The notes: generated from the sequence alone by a model not told the origin. DNA of 64,000 nt from an uncultured Aliarcobacter sp. (GCA_963664305.2 CAXXLV010000002.1:1184001-1248000); one strand, 5' to 3'; shown: positions 28,062 to 39,445, counted from the stretch's first letter. Translations and numbers: made by a program.

Positions 28062-29273
28062 TTATTCATATCTTAAAGCATCAATTGGATTAAGACGTGC
28101 TGCTTTTCGTGCTGGGAAATATCCGAATACAACTCCAATTAGTGTTGAGAAAAAGAATGAAATCATTATGATTTGATTATTAATTATAAATGGTAAATCC
28201 ATTGAATGAACAACTAAATAACCAATTCCAATTCCAATGAAAATTCCTATTATTCCTCCAAAAGTTGATAAAACAACAGCTTCAACTAAAAATTGTAATA
28301 ATACTTCGCTCTCCATTGCCCCAATTGCAAGTCTAGTTCCTATTTCTCTAGTTCTTTCTGTTACAGAAACTAACATGATATTCATAATACCAATTCCACC
28401 AACTAATAAAGAAATTCCTGCAATTGAACCTAAAAGATAAGTAAGCATTTTTGTTGTTGAAGTCATTGTAGAAAGTAAATCTTCCATATCACGTATGTGA
28501 AAGTTATCTGCTTCCCCTATTTTTATTGCTCTTCTTTCTTGCATCAATAAAGTTATATCAGTTTTAGCATTTTCGATATATTTTCCTTCTGTTATAGAAA
28601 TCAAAACAGAAGAGATATCTTTATCCCCTTTTATTTTTCTTTGATACATTTTAAGTGGAACTATTACTATTTCATCTTGGTCATTACCAAAAGCTGCTGC
28701 ACCTTTAGATTTTAAAACTCCAATAACATTACAAGATATATTTTTTAATCTAATATTCGTTCCAATTGGATTTTCACCATCAAATAATTGTTTTATAATT
28801 GTTGTTCCAATAATACAAGATGATTTTCCACTATTTAATTCACTTTCATCAAAACTTCTACCATCTGTTAATTCCCAATCTTTTATAATAAAGTAATCAT
28901 TTGATGTACCAATCACAGATGAACTTGTACTTTTATTTCCATAAACAATATTCATTTTTGTTGAATTCTCAGCTGCAACTGCTTTTATATTTTGTATATC
29001 ATTTTTAATTGCAAAAATATCCTCTTCTGTAAATGGTTTTGCACTATTGTCATCTCTTGGAGCTCCTCGTCTTTCTTGTCCAACTCTTAGAGTTAACATG
29101 TTTGTCCCAAGTTTAGAAATACTCTGTTTTACATTTGCAGTTGTTCCATCTCCAATCATAACCATAGCAATTACAGAAGCAACTCCTATTACAATTCCAA
29201 GAATAGTAAGAAATGACCTTAAAAGATTTCTTCTTATCTCTTTTAATGCGATTAATAAGGCATTTAATAACAT
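28062..29273 (-). CDS. MacB/FtsX-family ABC efflux permease
   Basis: RSFLTILGIVIGVASV, GGIGIMNIMLVSVTERTREIG, PARKAARLNPIDALRYE. Confidence 0.95.
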   Translation of the reverse strand: MLLNALLIALKEIRRNLLRSFLTILGIVIGVASVIAMVMIGDGTTANVKQSISKLGTNMLTLRVGQERRGAPRDDNSAKPFTEEDIFAIKNDIQNIKAVAAENSTKMNIVYGNKSTSSSVIGTSNDYFIIKDWELTDGRSFDESELNSGKSSCIIGTTIIKQLFDGENPIGTNIRLKNISCNVIGVLKSKGAAAFGNDQDEIVIVPLKMYQRKIKGDKDISSVLISITEGKYIENAKTDITLLMQERRAIKIGEADNFHIRDMEDLLSTMTSTTKMLTYLLGSIAGISLLVGGIGIMNIMLVSVTERTREIGTRLAIGAMESEVLLQFLVEAVVLSTFGGIIGIFIGIGIGYLVVHSMDLPFIINNQIIMISFFFSTLIGVVFGYFPARKAARLNPIDALRYE

Positions 29274-29977
29274 TATTTATATCCTTTCTTCAAACTATCA
29301 TCAATATGTCCATCTCTAAAATAAATAATTCTATTTGCATATTTAGCCATCTCTTCTTCATGAGTAACCATAATAATAGTAATTCCAGATTCTTCGTTTA
29401 GTTGTTTTAGTAAATTCATTATTTCAATACTTTTTATACTATCAAGATTTCCTGTTGGTTCATCTGCAAGTAAAACTAAAGGATTTGTTACAATTGCACG
29501 TGCTATTGCAACACGTTGTTGTTGTCCACCACTTAGTTCTGCTGGTGTGTTATTAACTACACTTTCAAGTCCTACTTTTTTTAAAGCTTCTAAAGCTAAA
29601 GTTTTTCTCTCTTTTGATGGAATTTTTCTATAAATTAAAGGCAACTCAACATTTTCTAAAGCAGAAGTTCTTCCTAAAAGATTAAATCCTTGAAAAACAA
29701 ATCCCAAATAATTTCTTCTTAAAATAGCCATTTGGTTTCTATTTAATTTTTCTACATTTATTCCATTAAACAAATACTCTCCGCTACTTGGTTTATCTAA
29801 ACATCCTATCATATTCATTGAAGTTGATTTTCCACTTCCACTTGCACCCATAATTGCTATAAATTCACCTTTATTTATAGTAAGACTAACACCATTTAAA
29901 GCAAATGTTTTAGCTTCACCTAATCCATAGGTTTTAACTATATTTTTAAACTCAATAATGGCTTTATTTGTTTCCAT
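29273..29977 (-). CDS. ABC transporter ATP-binding subunit (MacB/LolD type)
   Basis: [32 protein letters not shown]. Confidence 0.95.
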   Translation of the reverse strand: METNKAIIEFKNIVKTYGLGEAKTFALNGVSLTINKGEFIAIMGASGSGKSTSMNMIGCLDKPSSGEYLFNGINVEKLNRNQMAILRRNYLGFVFQGFNLLGRTSALENVELPLIYRKIPSKERKTLALEALKKVGLESVVNNTPAELSGGQQQRVAIARAIVTNPLVLLADEPTGNLDSIKSIEIMNLLKQLNEESGITIIMVTHEEEMAKYANRIIYFRDGHIDDSLKKGYK

Positions 29978-31238
29978 TTTCACTCTTTTGTGAAATTATA
30001 ATCTCATCATCAACTTTTAAATCATTTGATTCAACAGTTGTCAATTTTCCATCAGTATCTAAAACTTTTACCATTACACGTTTAGGTTGATTATTTTCCA
30101 TTATAAATATTGGAGAAAATTCTCTTTTACCTAACTCCTTAGTTCCATTTTCTCCTGAAGGACGTCTTGGAGGTCCTACAAAGTTCATAGTTCCTTTTCT
30201 CTCATCTGCTTGCGGTAATTTTGGTTTAAATCTCAATGCACTATTTGGAATAATTAATTTATCAATACTTTGTTTGGTAATAATATTTGCAGTTGCAGTC
30301 ATACCTGGTCTTAAAAGTAATTCTTCATTATCAACTGAAACTACAGTTTCATAAGTTACTACTCCATTTGTATCAGTTGGGTTTAGTCTTACTTGTTTTA
30401 TTTTTCCTTTAAATGTTTTGTTTGGATACGCATCAACTGTAAAAGTAACAGGTAAATCTTTTTTGATATCTGCAACATCTGCTTCATCAATACTTACAAT
30501 TAAATCCATACTTCTTAAATCTTTTGCTAAAGTAAAAAGTTTTGGTGCATTCATTGAAGCAGCTAATGTTTGACCAACTTCAACTGCTCTATCTAAAACA
30601 ATACCTTTAATAGATGATTTAACCTCAGCTTTATCCAGATTCTGTAATGCAGTTTTTAAAGTAAATGAAGCTTGTTCTACTTTTGATTTTGCAGCTTCTA
30701 AAGATGAAACTGCACCTTCATAAGAAAATTTGGCTTGGTCAAGTTCATTTTGAGATGGATATTTTCCACCTGAACTATTAAACATTTTTAAAGTTCTATC
30801 ATAAATTAATTTTTTATTTTTTAAATCAACTTCACTCTCTTTTTGATTTGCTTTAGCTATTGCAAGTGCTGCTGTTTGCCCATCAACTTCTGATTGCAAT
30901 TTTCTAGTGTCAAGTCTTGCTAAAACTTGCCCTACTTCAACTTCATCATTAAAATCAACATAAATATCTTTTATTGTTCCAGATACTTCAACCCCTATTT
31001 CAACACTATTTGTTGGACTTAAATTTCCTGTTGCACTTACAATAACAGATAAATCACCTCTAGTTACTTTTTTTGTAGAATACTCAATAACTTCACTCTT
31101 ATTTGTTTTATTCATAATAAAAAAATAATAAATAGCAATTCCTAATAAACCTAAAAACAGTATTCCAAAAATATAAACTTTTTTTGATTTTTTATTACTA
31201 TGACTCTCTAATTCTTCTAATAATTTTTTATCTTCCAT
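29964..31238 (-). CDS. Periplasmic adaptor (MacA-like membrane fusion protein)
   Basis: N-terminal TM, VSATG, VSGTI..IYVDFNDEVEVGQ, IDEADV, LRPGMTA. Confidence 0.93.
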   Translation of the reverse strand: MEDKKLLEELESHSNKKSKKVYIFGILFLGLLGIAIYYFFIMNKTNKSEVIEYSTKKVTRGDLSVIVSATGNLSPTNSVEIGVEVSGTIKDIYVDFNDEVEVGQVLARLDTRKLQSEVDGQTAALAIAKANQKESEVDLKNKKLIYDRTLKMFNSSGGKYPSQNELDQAKFSYEGAVSSLEAAKSKVEQASFTLKTALQNLDKAEVKSSIKGIVLDRAVEVGQTLAASMNAPKLFTLAKDLRSMDLIVSIDEADVADIKKDLPVTFTVDAYPNKTFKGKIKQVRLNPTDTNGVVTYETVVSVDNEELLLRPGMTATANIITKQSIDKLIIPNSALRFKPKLPQADERKGTMNFVGPPRRPSGENGTKELGKREFSPIFIMENNQPKRVMVKVLDTDGKLTTVESNDLKVDDEIIISQKSENGNK

Positions 31239-31243
31239 TTACC

Positions 31244-32431
31244 TTAGCCTTTTATCTTAAAATATAACTTTGAAAATTGCAGTTTGATATTAATATCATT
31301 TATTTGTAAATCATATTCATTTACTTTTTTTGTATTATTTAATATTTCTAAATCATAAACAGAAGTCATTCCAAATTGATTTGAAACTCTATTAGCTGCA
31401 ATTAAATCATCATATAAATTTATGTTATTTTCAATGATTTTATTTTGTTTTTTATAAGTATCAATTTGATTAATAATCTGCTCATACTCATAAGCTAATT
31501 CATTTTTCTTATCATTAGTTGAACTTTTTTGTTTAAGATATTCTAACTTTGAATCTTGTAATTTATTTGATTTATTATAATCATATAAAGGAACAGACAA
31601 AGTCAAAGAAGCACTTCCACTTGTTTCATCTTCATTTGCATTTTTTATTAAATCATCTACATTTGAATAAGAACTATTAAGTCCCAATGAAACTTTTGGA
31701 AGATAGTTAGTTTTTGTTTTTTTATAACTTGTATTTAACATTTCAACTTTTGCATCTTCAACTAAATAGTCAATATTTTTGCTTACATAATCCTCTTTTG
31801 AAATATTTCTAAAATCTAATATTTCAATTTCTTCATATTTTAAATCTGTATATTTTGATAGCTCTAAAACTTTATCTTTTAAGGAATTTTCTAAAGAAAT
31901 ATTATCTTGAATTTGACTATTCTTACTCATTAATGCATTATTTAATTCAACAATATCAGTGTCTCCTGCTTCATATTGAATTTTTTTAATACTTAATTCT
32001 ATCTCTTTATTTGCAAGTTTATAAACACCTTGTTCTATTTGAATCTTTATTTTTTTGATTTCAAGTAAAGTATCATAAATAGATTCTAAAATTTGAGAAT
32101 TTTCATTTTCCCAAGATAATAAATCATAATTCAATTTATCTTTAGCATACTGAATAGTAAACTCTATTCCCCCTGATTCATAAATACTCTGTGTAAATCC
32201 TAAAGATACACTTTTTGAGAATTTATCACTATCGGTTGAAAATGAATGGCTTCTATTCAAACCAGAACTAAGGTTAATAGGAGAAATCCAATCATTTTTA
32301 TTTGTTTCATAATTAGATTCAATATATTTCTTTTCTAATTCTCTTGTCTCTTTTTTATCTTTTTGCAATATTTCTAAATTATTTGCAAAGGCTAAACTAC
32401 AAAACAATGAACATACAATAATTTTACGCAA
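31244..32431 (-). CDS. TolC-family outer membrane efflux protein
   Basis: Signal peptide, YLPKVSL, LSVPLYD, first gene of the Mac operon. TTG start at 32431 after AAGGA is preferred. Confidence 0.8.
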   Translation of the reverse strand: MRKIIVCSLFCSLAFANNLEILQKDKKETRELEKKYIESNYETNKNDWISPINLSSGLNRSHSFSTDSDKFSKSVSLGFTQSIYESGGIEFTIQYAKDKLNYDLLSWENENSQILESIYDTLLEIKKIKIQIEQGVYKLANKEIELSIKKIQYEAGDTDIVELNNALMSKNSQIQDNISLENSLKDKVLELSKYTDLKYEEIEILDFRNISKEDYVSKNIDYLVEDAKVEMLNTSYKKTKTNYLPKVSLGLNSSYSNVDDLIKNANEDETSGSASLTLSVPLYDYNKSNKLQDSKLEYLKQKSSTNDKKNELAYEYEQIINQIDTYKKQNKIIENNINLYDDLIAANRVSNQFGMTSVYDLEILNNTKKVNEYDLQINDINIKLQFSKLYFKIKG

Positions 32432-32519
32432 CTTATTTCCTTTCATTTTTATCAATCGAAATTTTATATCAGCTTTTTTAATGATTTTTTAACAAAATAT
32501 TAATTCTTTATTTCAATTA

Positions 32520-32534
32520 AGATAATTATTATCA
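32520..32534. promoter_or_regulatory. Fur-box-like site between divergent tolC and exbB
   Basis: AGATAATtATTATCA, 13/14 match. Confidence 0.72.
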
Positions 32535-32580
32535 ATATTATATTAAAATTTTCATAATAAAATGCAAAGGATAAAAAATT

Positions 32581-33015
32581 ATGGATAGTATGAATATAGA
32601 AACTCTTAAACATTTAGTAGATTATGGGGTAATATCTCTATTAGTTTTAATGAGTTTCATAGCTGTTTGGTTTTTTATTGAAAGAATTATTTTTTATAAA
32701 AAAATCAATATAAAAAACTACAAAAATAAAAAACAATTAGATGTTGCATTAACAAAACATCTAACAATCATAGGAACAATAGCTTCTAATTCTCCTTATA
32801 TTGGATTACTTGGAACTGTTTTAGCAATTATGCTTACATTTATGACAATGGGAAGTGGAGATATTGATGCAGCAAAAATCATGGAATCTTTAGCATTAGC
32901 TTTAAAAGCAACTGCTGTTGGATTAGTTGTAGCTATAACATCAATGGTGTTTTATAATATTTTGGGAAGATACGCAGAAGTTTTGGAGAGTTTATATGAA
33001 GCTGAAGAAATATGA
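32581..33015 (+). CDS. exbB: TonB-system energizer ExbB
   Basis: IASNSPYIGLLGTV, ALKATAVGL. Confidence 0.95.
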   Translation: MDSMNIETLKHLVDYGVISLLVLMSFIAVWFFIERIIFYKKINIKNYKNKKQLDVALTKHLTIIGTIASNSPYIGLLGTVLAIMLTFMTMGSGDIDAAKIMESLALALKATAVGLVVAITSMVFYNILGRYAEVLESLYEAEEI

Positions 33016-33373
33016 TTCAATAAATGTAATCCCATTTATTGATGTTTTATTAGTACTTTTAGCTATAGTTTTATTAACTTCTACTTTTATTACAAGAGGG
33101 ATAATACCTATATCGTTGCCAAGTGCTTCAAGTGCAGACCAATTAAAACCAAATAAAGAGATTATTTTAGTTATACAAGAAAATGGTGAATTATTTTTTG
33201 AAGATAGAATAGAAACTTTAGAAAATATTGAAAAGATAATTTTACAATCAGTAAAAGAGACTCCTATTCATATTAATACAGACAAAAATACAAAATTTGA
33301 GTCATTTGTTGAAGTTCTTGATATGTTGAAAAAAAACCATTATTCTAATGTATCGATTGTGACAAAAAAATGA
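32996..33373 (+). CDS. exbD: Biopolymer transport protein ExbD
   Basis: INVIPFIDVLLVLL. Confidence 0.95.
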   Translation: MKLKKYDSINVIPFIDVLLVLLAIVLLTSTFITRGIIPISLPSASSADQLKPNKEIILVIQENGELFFEDRIETLENIEKIILQSVKETPIHINTDKNTKFESFVEVLDMLKKNHYSNVSIVTKK

Positions 33374-34107
33374 GTAGACAAACTAAACACAGATATTTAA
33401 ACTCATTTTTTATGGCAACTTCAATATATTTGATTGCATCATTTTTTTTATTTTATGTTTTCGCAGATACTTTAATAGTTCCACCTAAAGAAGAAACTGT
33501 AAAAACTATTTCTTTACAACATGTTGCTTTAAAAGAAGAACCAACTCCTCCACAAGCAGAACCTGAACCTGTTGTGGAAGAAAAACCTGAACCTGAACCA
33601 ATTGTTGAAAAACCAACTCCAATTCAGAAAAAAATTGAAAAGCCAAAACCAAAAAAAGAAAAAGTTGAACATAAAAAAATTGATAAACCAAAACCTATTG
33701 AAAAACCAATAGAAAAAGTTGAACAAAAAACTGAAGTTATACCTGTTCCAGAAGCAAAACCAGTTGAAGCACTTCCATCAAAACCAATGATGAGTGCAAG
33801 TGAAATAGAAAGTATTGAATCAGAATATCTATCAAAAGTTAGATTTCATATAGAAAAAAATAAAACTTATCCTAAAATTGCAAAAAGATTAAATCAAAGT
33901 GGAAAAGTACATGTTACTTTCTTAATCTTAAAAGATGGGAAAATAAAACATTGTAAAGTTCATAAAAGTTCAAATTTTGAGAGTTTAGACAATGCAGCAA
34001 TTGAGATATTTGATAAGATTTCTAGTTTTGAACCTATTCCAGAAAAATTAGATAAAAACTCTTGGGAAATTACTGTTCCAATAGTTTATCAAATTACAAG
34101 AAATTAA
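33370..34107 (+). CDS. tonB: Energy transducer TonB
   Basis: N-terminal TM, EP/KP-rich linker, YPKIAKRLNQSGKV C-terminal domain. Confidence 0.93.
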   Translation: MSRQTKHRYLNSFFMATSIYLIASFFLFYVFADTLIVPPKEETVKTISLQHVALKEEPTPPQAEPEPVVEEKPEPEPIVEKPTPIQKKIEKPKPKKEKVEHKKIDKPKPIEKPIEKVEQKTEVIPVPEAKPVEALPSKPMMSASEIESIESEYLSKVRFHIEKNKTYPKIAKRLNQSGKVHVTFLILKDGKIKHCKVHKSSNFESLDNAAIEIFDKISSFEPIPEKLDKNSWEITVPIVYQITRN

Positions 34108-34132
34108 AATAATGGGAAATTCCCATTATTTT
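34106..34132. terminator. Bidirectional terminator
   Basis: AAAATAATGGGAA-A-TTCCCATTATTTT between convergent tonB and pepA. Confidence 0.75.
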
Positions 34133-35550
34133 TAATCTTCTAATAAATCTTTTAAGAATCCAATAGTTGTTCTAACACCTGCTCCACTTGCACCATGTGC
34201 ATTGTATCCCCAAGTTTTTTCAACATATGCAGGTCCAGCTATATCAAAATGAACCCATTTATTTTTATTTTCATCATAAATAAAGTTATCTAAAAACATA
34301 CCTGCTGTTATTGCTCCACCATATCTAGTATTTGCAACATTACAAACATCTGCAATTTCAGATTTTATTGTTTTTCTCAGAAATCTATTAAAATCTAAAC
34401 TTGTTGCATATTCACCAGCTTTTAAGGCACTTGCAACTGCATTTCTTTTTAGAACTTCATTATTTCCCATAACTCCAGTTGTATACTCACCAACTCCAAC
34501 TACACAAGCCCCAGTTAATGTTGCATAATCAAAAATATAATCTATATCTTTTATTTCATCTTGAGCATAACATAAACAATCTGCAAGAACTAATCTTCCT
34601 TCTGCATCAGTATTTCTTACTTCTATTGTTTTCCCGTTTCTTGCAGTTAAAATATCATCAGGTTTATAAGCATTTCCACCTATCATATTTTCAACAGCTC
34701 CAACAATTCCATGAACTTCAAATGAAAGTTCAAGTTTAGCAATAGCCCACATAGTTGAAAGAACTGCACAACCACCTGATTTATCAGCTTTCATAGTTAC
34801 CATAAAATCAGCAGGTTTTAAAGATAATCCACCAGAATCATAAGTTAAACCTTTTCCAACTAAAACAATTTTGAATTTTGGATTTTTTGGTTTATATGTT
34901 AAATGAATTAGTTTTGACTCATGAATAGAAGCTCTTCCAACACTATGCATCGCCATCATTTTATGTTTTTCTAAATAACTTTCTCCATGAATTTCACATT
35001 TGATTTCTACATCTTTTGCTATTTCTTGTGCCATTTTTGCCATAACATCAGGATAGAAATCTGCAGGTGCTGTATTTACCATATTTCTTGCTTTATTAAC
35101 TGCTTTAGCAATAATTTTTGATTCATTTAAAATTGACTCTAATTTTTTAGATTTCTCATTTACAACTAAATCTAATTCAATTTTTTTCTTATCTTTTTCT
35201 GATTTATAATCAACAAATTTATATTGGCCAAGTGCTGCACCTTCAACTAAAGCTTTAAAGTTTTCTTCTAAAGTTTCATCAACTACTATTTTTGCACTTT
35301 TAAAATTTGTTGTTTGAATTTTTTTAATTGCTGTTGCAGTTGCAATTGCAATACATTCATAAGAGTTTTCTTCAAATCCCACATAAATTTTTTTAGATTC
35401 AGCTAATAAAACACAAGATTCATCTTTTGCTTTAAAATCAAGTATTTCTAAAACTTCTTTATCTTCAGTTAAACTCTCTAAATCTTTTACAAGAATTATT
35501 TCTACTTCTGAACTAACTTTTTCATTTTTTTCTACTAAATTAATCTTCAT
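34132..35550 (-). CDS. pepA: Leucyl aminopeptidase (M17)
   Basis: VGKGLTYDSGG, NTDAEGRLVLAD. Confidence 0.96.
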   Translation of the reverse strand: MKINLVEKNEKVSSEVEIILVKDLESLTEDKEVLEILDFKAKDESCVLLAESKKIYVGFEENSYECIAIATATAIKKIQTTNFKSAKIVVDETLEENFKALVEGAALGQYKFVDYKSEKDKKKIELDLVVNEKSKKLESILNESKIIAKAVNKARNMVNTAPADFYPDVMAKMAQEIAKDVEIKCEIHGESYLEKHKMMAMHSVGRASIHESKLIHLTYKPKNPKFKIVLVGKGLTYDSGGLSLKPADFMVTMKADKSGGCAVLSTMWAIAKLELSFEVHGIVGAVENMIGGNAYKPDDILTARNGKTIEVRNTDAEGRLVLADCLCYAQDEIKDIDYIFDYATLTGACVVGVGEYTTGVMGNNEVLKRNAVASALKAGEYATSLDFNRFLRKTIKSEIADVCNVANTRYGGAITAGMFLDNFIYDENKNKWVHFDIAGPAYVEKTWGYNAHGASGAGVRTTIGFLKDLLED

Positions 35551-36241
35551 TTTGACCTCTTTTTTCTACTCTTTTTGTAGCTTTATTGATATAGTAAATA
35601 ATACTACCACCAAATATTACAGCAATTGGAATTGCTAAATACCAATGCTCTTTAGCCCACTCTAAAACAACCAAAATTTCATTTCCAAAATACCAAACTG
35701 GCACTATTGTAATAGCAGCCCAACACCAAGCTGACATTAAATTTATAAACGCAAACATTTTAGCACTATATCTTGTAAGACCAATTGAAATAGGGATTAC
35801 AGTTCTCATTCCATACATATATCTTTGTACAAAAATAATTGGCCAACCATGTTTTTTTAATAAAAGATGAGCTAATGCAAATTTTCTTCTTTGACTTTTA
35901 AATTTTTTATGAACATAAGATTTATTAAATCTTCCTATATAAAAATATACTTGATCTCCTGCAAATCCACCAAGACCTGCAACAAAAATTGCAATGTATA
36001 AATTCATATCTCCTGTATGAGATAACAATCCAGCCATAATAAGACCAGCTTCACCTTCTAGCATACCCCATGCAAAAAGTATTATATATCCATATTTTTT
36101 CAATAAATAAATAAATTTCTCTTCAAAACCATCAACTGGTGCTTGATATAAATTATATGCTAAAAAAGAGAAAAACACTATCAAAAAAATTGTTAGTATT
36201 TTTCCTGAATATGGTTGGATTTTTCTAAAAAGTTCTTTCAC
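35540..36241 (-). CDS. DedA family membrane protein
   Basis: LEGE, AGDQVYFYIGR, QRYMYGMR. Confidence 0.9.
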   Translation of the reverse strand: MKELFRKIQPYSGKILTIFLIVFFSFLAYNLYQAPVDGFEEKFIYLLKKYGYIILFAWGMLEGEAGLIMAGLLSHTGDMNLYIAIFVAGLGGFAGDQVYFYIGRFNKSYVHKKFKSQRRKFALAHLLLKKHGWPIIFVQRYMYGMRTVIPISIGLTRYSAKMFAFINLMSAWCWAAITIVPVWYFGNEILVVLEWAKEHWYLAIPIAVIFGGSIIYYINKATKRVEKRGQNED

Positions 36242-36253
36242 ATTTTATCCCTA

Positions 36254-37462
36254 CTATTTAAAATCTAACAAACTTTTTGCTTGAACCATATCTTTATCTC
36301 CACGTCCTGATAAATTTATGATTACTGTCTTTCCTTTTAATTTTTCTTTTGCTTTCTTTAAATATGCAACTGCATGTGATGATTCAAAAGCAGGAATAAT
36401 TCCCTCTTTTCTACTTAACCAAACAAAAGCTTCTAAAGCTTCTTCATCAGTTATAGAATCATAACTTACTGATTTGTTATCTTTATGAAAAGAGTGTTCT
36501 GGTCCAATTCCAGGATAATCAAGTCCTGCACTAATTGAGTGAGCTTCTAAAACTTGTCCATCTTCATCTTGTAATAAATATGAACATTGCCCATGAAGTA
36601 CTCCTGGACTTCCTTTTTCTAAAGAACATCCATGTTTATCAGTATCTAACCCTAAACCACCTGCTTCAATACCAATACAAGTTACTTCTTTATCTTCTAA
36701 AAAATGTGAGAACATACCAATTGCATTTGATCCACCACCAATACATGCAACAACATAATCAGGAAGTTTTCCCTCTTTTTCAAGAATTTGTTTTCTTGCT
36801 TCATAACCAATGACTGCTTGAAAATCTCTAACCATCATAGGATAAGGATGAGGACCTGCAACTGTTCCAATTATATAAAAAGTATCCCTTGCATTTGTAA
36901 CCCAATATCTAATAGCATCATTCATTGCATCTTTTAACGTTTTGCTTCCACTTTCAACTGCAATTACTTTTGCACCTAAAAGTTTCATTCTAAATACATT
37001 TAATTCTTGTCTAGCAACATCTTTTGCACCCATAAATACCGTACATTCTAATCCCATTAAAGCTGCAATTGTAGCAGTTGCAACACCATGTTGCCCTGCT
37101 CCTGTTTCTGCAATTACCTTTGTTTTACCCATTTTTTTAGCAAGTAAGCCTTGAGCAATTACGTTATTTACTTTATGAGCACCCGTATGATTTAAATCTT
37201 CTCTTTTTAAATAAACTTTTGCACCAATTTCTTCAGAGATATTTTTAGCAAAATATAAAGGATTTTCTCTTCCTACATAATCTTTTAATAATGCATTTAC
37301 TTCTGCCCAAAACTCTTCATCAAATCTATATTTTTTATATTCAGCTTCTAACTCTTTTAAAATTGGCATTAGTGTTTCAGGAACATATTGCCCACCAAAA
37401 ATACCAAATTGTCCTTTAGCATCAGGATCAAAAATACTAGGTTTTGGAATATAATTACTCAT
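36254..37462 (-). CDS. trpB: Tryptophan synthase beta chain
   Basis: [33 protein letters not shown]. Confidence 0.98.
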   Translation of the reverse strand: MSNYIPKPSIFDPDAKGQFGIFGGQYVPETLMPILKELEAEYKKYRFDEEFWAEVNALLKDYVGRENPLYFAKNISEEIGAKVYLKREDLNHTGAHKVNNVIAQGLLAKKMGKTKVIAETGAGQHGVATATIAALMGLECTVFMGAKDVARQELNVFRMKLLGAKVIAVESGSKTLKDAMNDAIRYWVTNARDTFYIIGTVAGPHPYPMMVRDFQAVIGYEARKQILEKEGKLPDYVVACIGGGSNAIGMFSHFLEDKEVTCIGIEAGGLGLDTDKHGCSLEKGSPGVLHGQCSYLLQDEDGQVLEAHSISAGLDYPGIGPEHSFHKDNKSVSYDSITDEEALEAFVWLSRKEGIIPAFESSHAVAYLKKAKEKLKGKTVIINLSGRGDKDMVQAKSLLDFK

Positions 37463-37477
37463 TAATTTCTCTTTTTA

Positions 37478-38035
37478 TTAAATTTCTAATACAGAATAAA
37501 CAGGTGCAACTTCACTTAATTTTTTTGCACCATTTAAAATATGAATGTTCATTAAAAAACACATTTCAACTAAATTTACATCAAGTTTTTTGATTAAATT
37601 TGCAGCAGCATATGCAGTTCCACCGCTTACAATAATATCATCAATTAATAAAACATTTGCATTTTTTTGATGATTAAAAGCATCAAGGTGTAATTCAACT
37701 TCATCAAAACCATATTCTAATTCATATTTTTCACATACAGTTGTACTTGGAAGTTTACCTTTTTTTCTAACAGGAACAAATCCTATTCCTAATCTATCAG
37801 CAAGTGCTGCTCCAAAAATAAATCCTCGTGAGTCAATTCCTGCTATATAATCTAAGTTATAAGATTTATATCTATCTTCTAAATGATTCATCAATAATTG
37901 AAATGCTTCTTTATTATTTAACAAAGTTGTAATATCTTTAAATATAATTCCAGCTTTTGGAAAATCTTTTATACTTCTAATTGAATCTAATAATATTTTT
38001 TTACTATTTTCGTCTAATATCTTATTTTCACCCAA
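37478..38035 (-). CDS. apt: Adenine phosphoribosyltransferase
   Basis: [31 protein letters not shown]. Confidence 0.96.
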   Translation of the reverse strand: MGENKILDENSKKILLDSIRSIKDFPKAGIIFKDITTLLNNKEAFQLLMNHLEDRYKSYNLDYIAGIDSRGFIFGAALADRLGIGFVPVRKKGKLPSTTVCEKYELEYGFDEVELHLDAFNHQKNANVLLIDDIIVSGGTAYAAANLIKKLDVNLVEMCFLMNIHILNGAKKLSEVAPVYSVLEI

Positions 38036-38169
38036 TTTAAGTCCTTTTATATCTATTTTCTTGTGAAAAGTGGTTAATTTTAGCTAAATAATTATTATGA
38101 TTTTATGATGTTTTCAAAATATTTAAGAATATTATAAATATAATATTTTAAATTATTTAAAGGTTTATT

Positions 38170-38970
38170 ATGAAACTTTTACTCATTTTTTTACTTTCTT
38201 GTTCACTTTTTTCTTTTGATTTACAAAAAGTGAATATTTATGATGAAAAAAAACATAATATAAATAATTGGTATATGAGTGAAAAACTTGATGGAATAAG
38301 AGCATATTGGAACGGAAAAGAACTATTAAGTAAAAATGGAAATAAGATTTTCGCTCCAACTTGGTTTATAAAAGATTTTCCTTCTTTTGAACTTGATGGT
38401 GAACTTTGGACAAAAAGAGATGATTTTGAAAATATTCAAAACATTGTTTTAGATACAAATCCAACAGAAGATTGGAAAAAAATCACATACAATATTTTTG
38501 AACTACCTAACTCAAAAGGGAATTTTCCTAAAAGACTAGAAAAATTAGAAAATTGGTTAATAAAAAATCCAAACAATTATATAAAAATCATTCCTCAAAT
38601 AATTTGTAAAGATAAAACTCATTTAAATAATTATCTAAAAGAATTAATTGAAAGAAAAGCTGAAGGTATCATAATAAAAAATCCAAATTTAGAGTATCAG
38701 ACAGAAAAAAACAATAATCTTTTGAAAGTAAAAACATTTTTGGATGATGAAGCCATAGTTATAAATCACAATCTCAAAAACAACAAATTTAAAAGTTTAG
38801 TTGTGAAATTAAAAAATGACGTTACATTTAATTTAGGAGGAGGATTTTCAGATAATGAAAAAATTAATCCACCTAAAATTGGAGAAATCATTACCTATAA
38901 ATATTATGGTTTAACAAAAAATGGTAAACCTAAATTTGCTTCATTTTTAAGAGTAAGAAAAAATGAATAA
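38170..38970 (+). CDS. ATP-dependent DNA ligase with signal peptide (LigE type)
   Basis: SEKLDGIRAYW, LDGELW, EGIII, LLKVK, GKPKFASF and an N-terminal signal peptide. Confidence 0.92.
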   Translation: MKLLLIFLLSCSLFSFDLQKVNIYDEKKHNINNWYMSEKLDGIRAYWNGKELLSKNGNKIFAPTWFIKDFPSFELDGELWTKRDDFENIQNIVLDTNPTEDWKKITYNIFELPNSKGNFPKRLEKLENWLIKNPNNYIKIIPQIICKDKTHLNNYLKELIERKAEGIIIKNPNLEYQTEKNNNLLKVKTFLDDEAIVINHNLKNNKFKSLVVKLKNDVTFNLGGGFSDNEKINPPKIGEIITYKYYGLTKNGKPKFASFLRVRKNE

Positions 38971-38973
38971 AAC

Positions 38974-39372
38974 TTAGTATAATTCATAAGTTTTAGAAAT
39001 TAAACCAGAATCTCTCAACTTTGCACAAATTGTTGTTTCTTTTGTAGTATCAACAACTAATTCTATTGTTTTTTCTCCACTATCAGAACTTTTAACTTCC
39101 AATGATAAACAACTGTTTTTATCTTCCATTTTTAAGTCGCTAATAATCCAATTTGAATCATTTAAATTCATTGTATCACTTAATTTTTCTATTTTTTGAT
39201 TGAGTAAATAATAACTTTGGATTGAGTTTATTGCAGTATTTATATCTCTTTTTATAGTTGAAACTAATGCACTATCTTTTGTGTCCATATATTTTGGAAC
39301 TGCAAATGATGCAATTATTCCTAAAATCACTATTGCAAAAATTAACTCAAGTAAAGAAAATGCAGTTTTCAT
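38974..39372 (-). CDS. Prepilin-type N-terminal cleavage/methylation protein
   Basis: KTAFSLLELIFAIVILGIIASFAVPK. Confidence 0.88.
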   Translation of the reverse strand: MKTAFSLLELIFAIVILGIIASFAVPKYMDTKDSALVSTIKRDINTAINSIQSYYLLNQKIEKLSDTMNLNDSNWIISDLKMEDKNSCLSLEVKSSDSGEKTIELVVDTTKETTICAKLRDSGLISKTYELY

Positions 39373-39445
39373 AACAAAATCCTTTAAATAATAATTTAAA
39401 AGATTATAATTTGTTATTTCTTAAAATAATATTATTAATTATTTA

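Noticed and set aside
33530..33770. Repetitive GAACC/AAACC-rich stretch
   Set aside because: It encodes the normal EP/KP linker of TonB and is not a CRISPR array or DNA repeat element.
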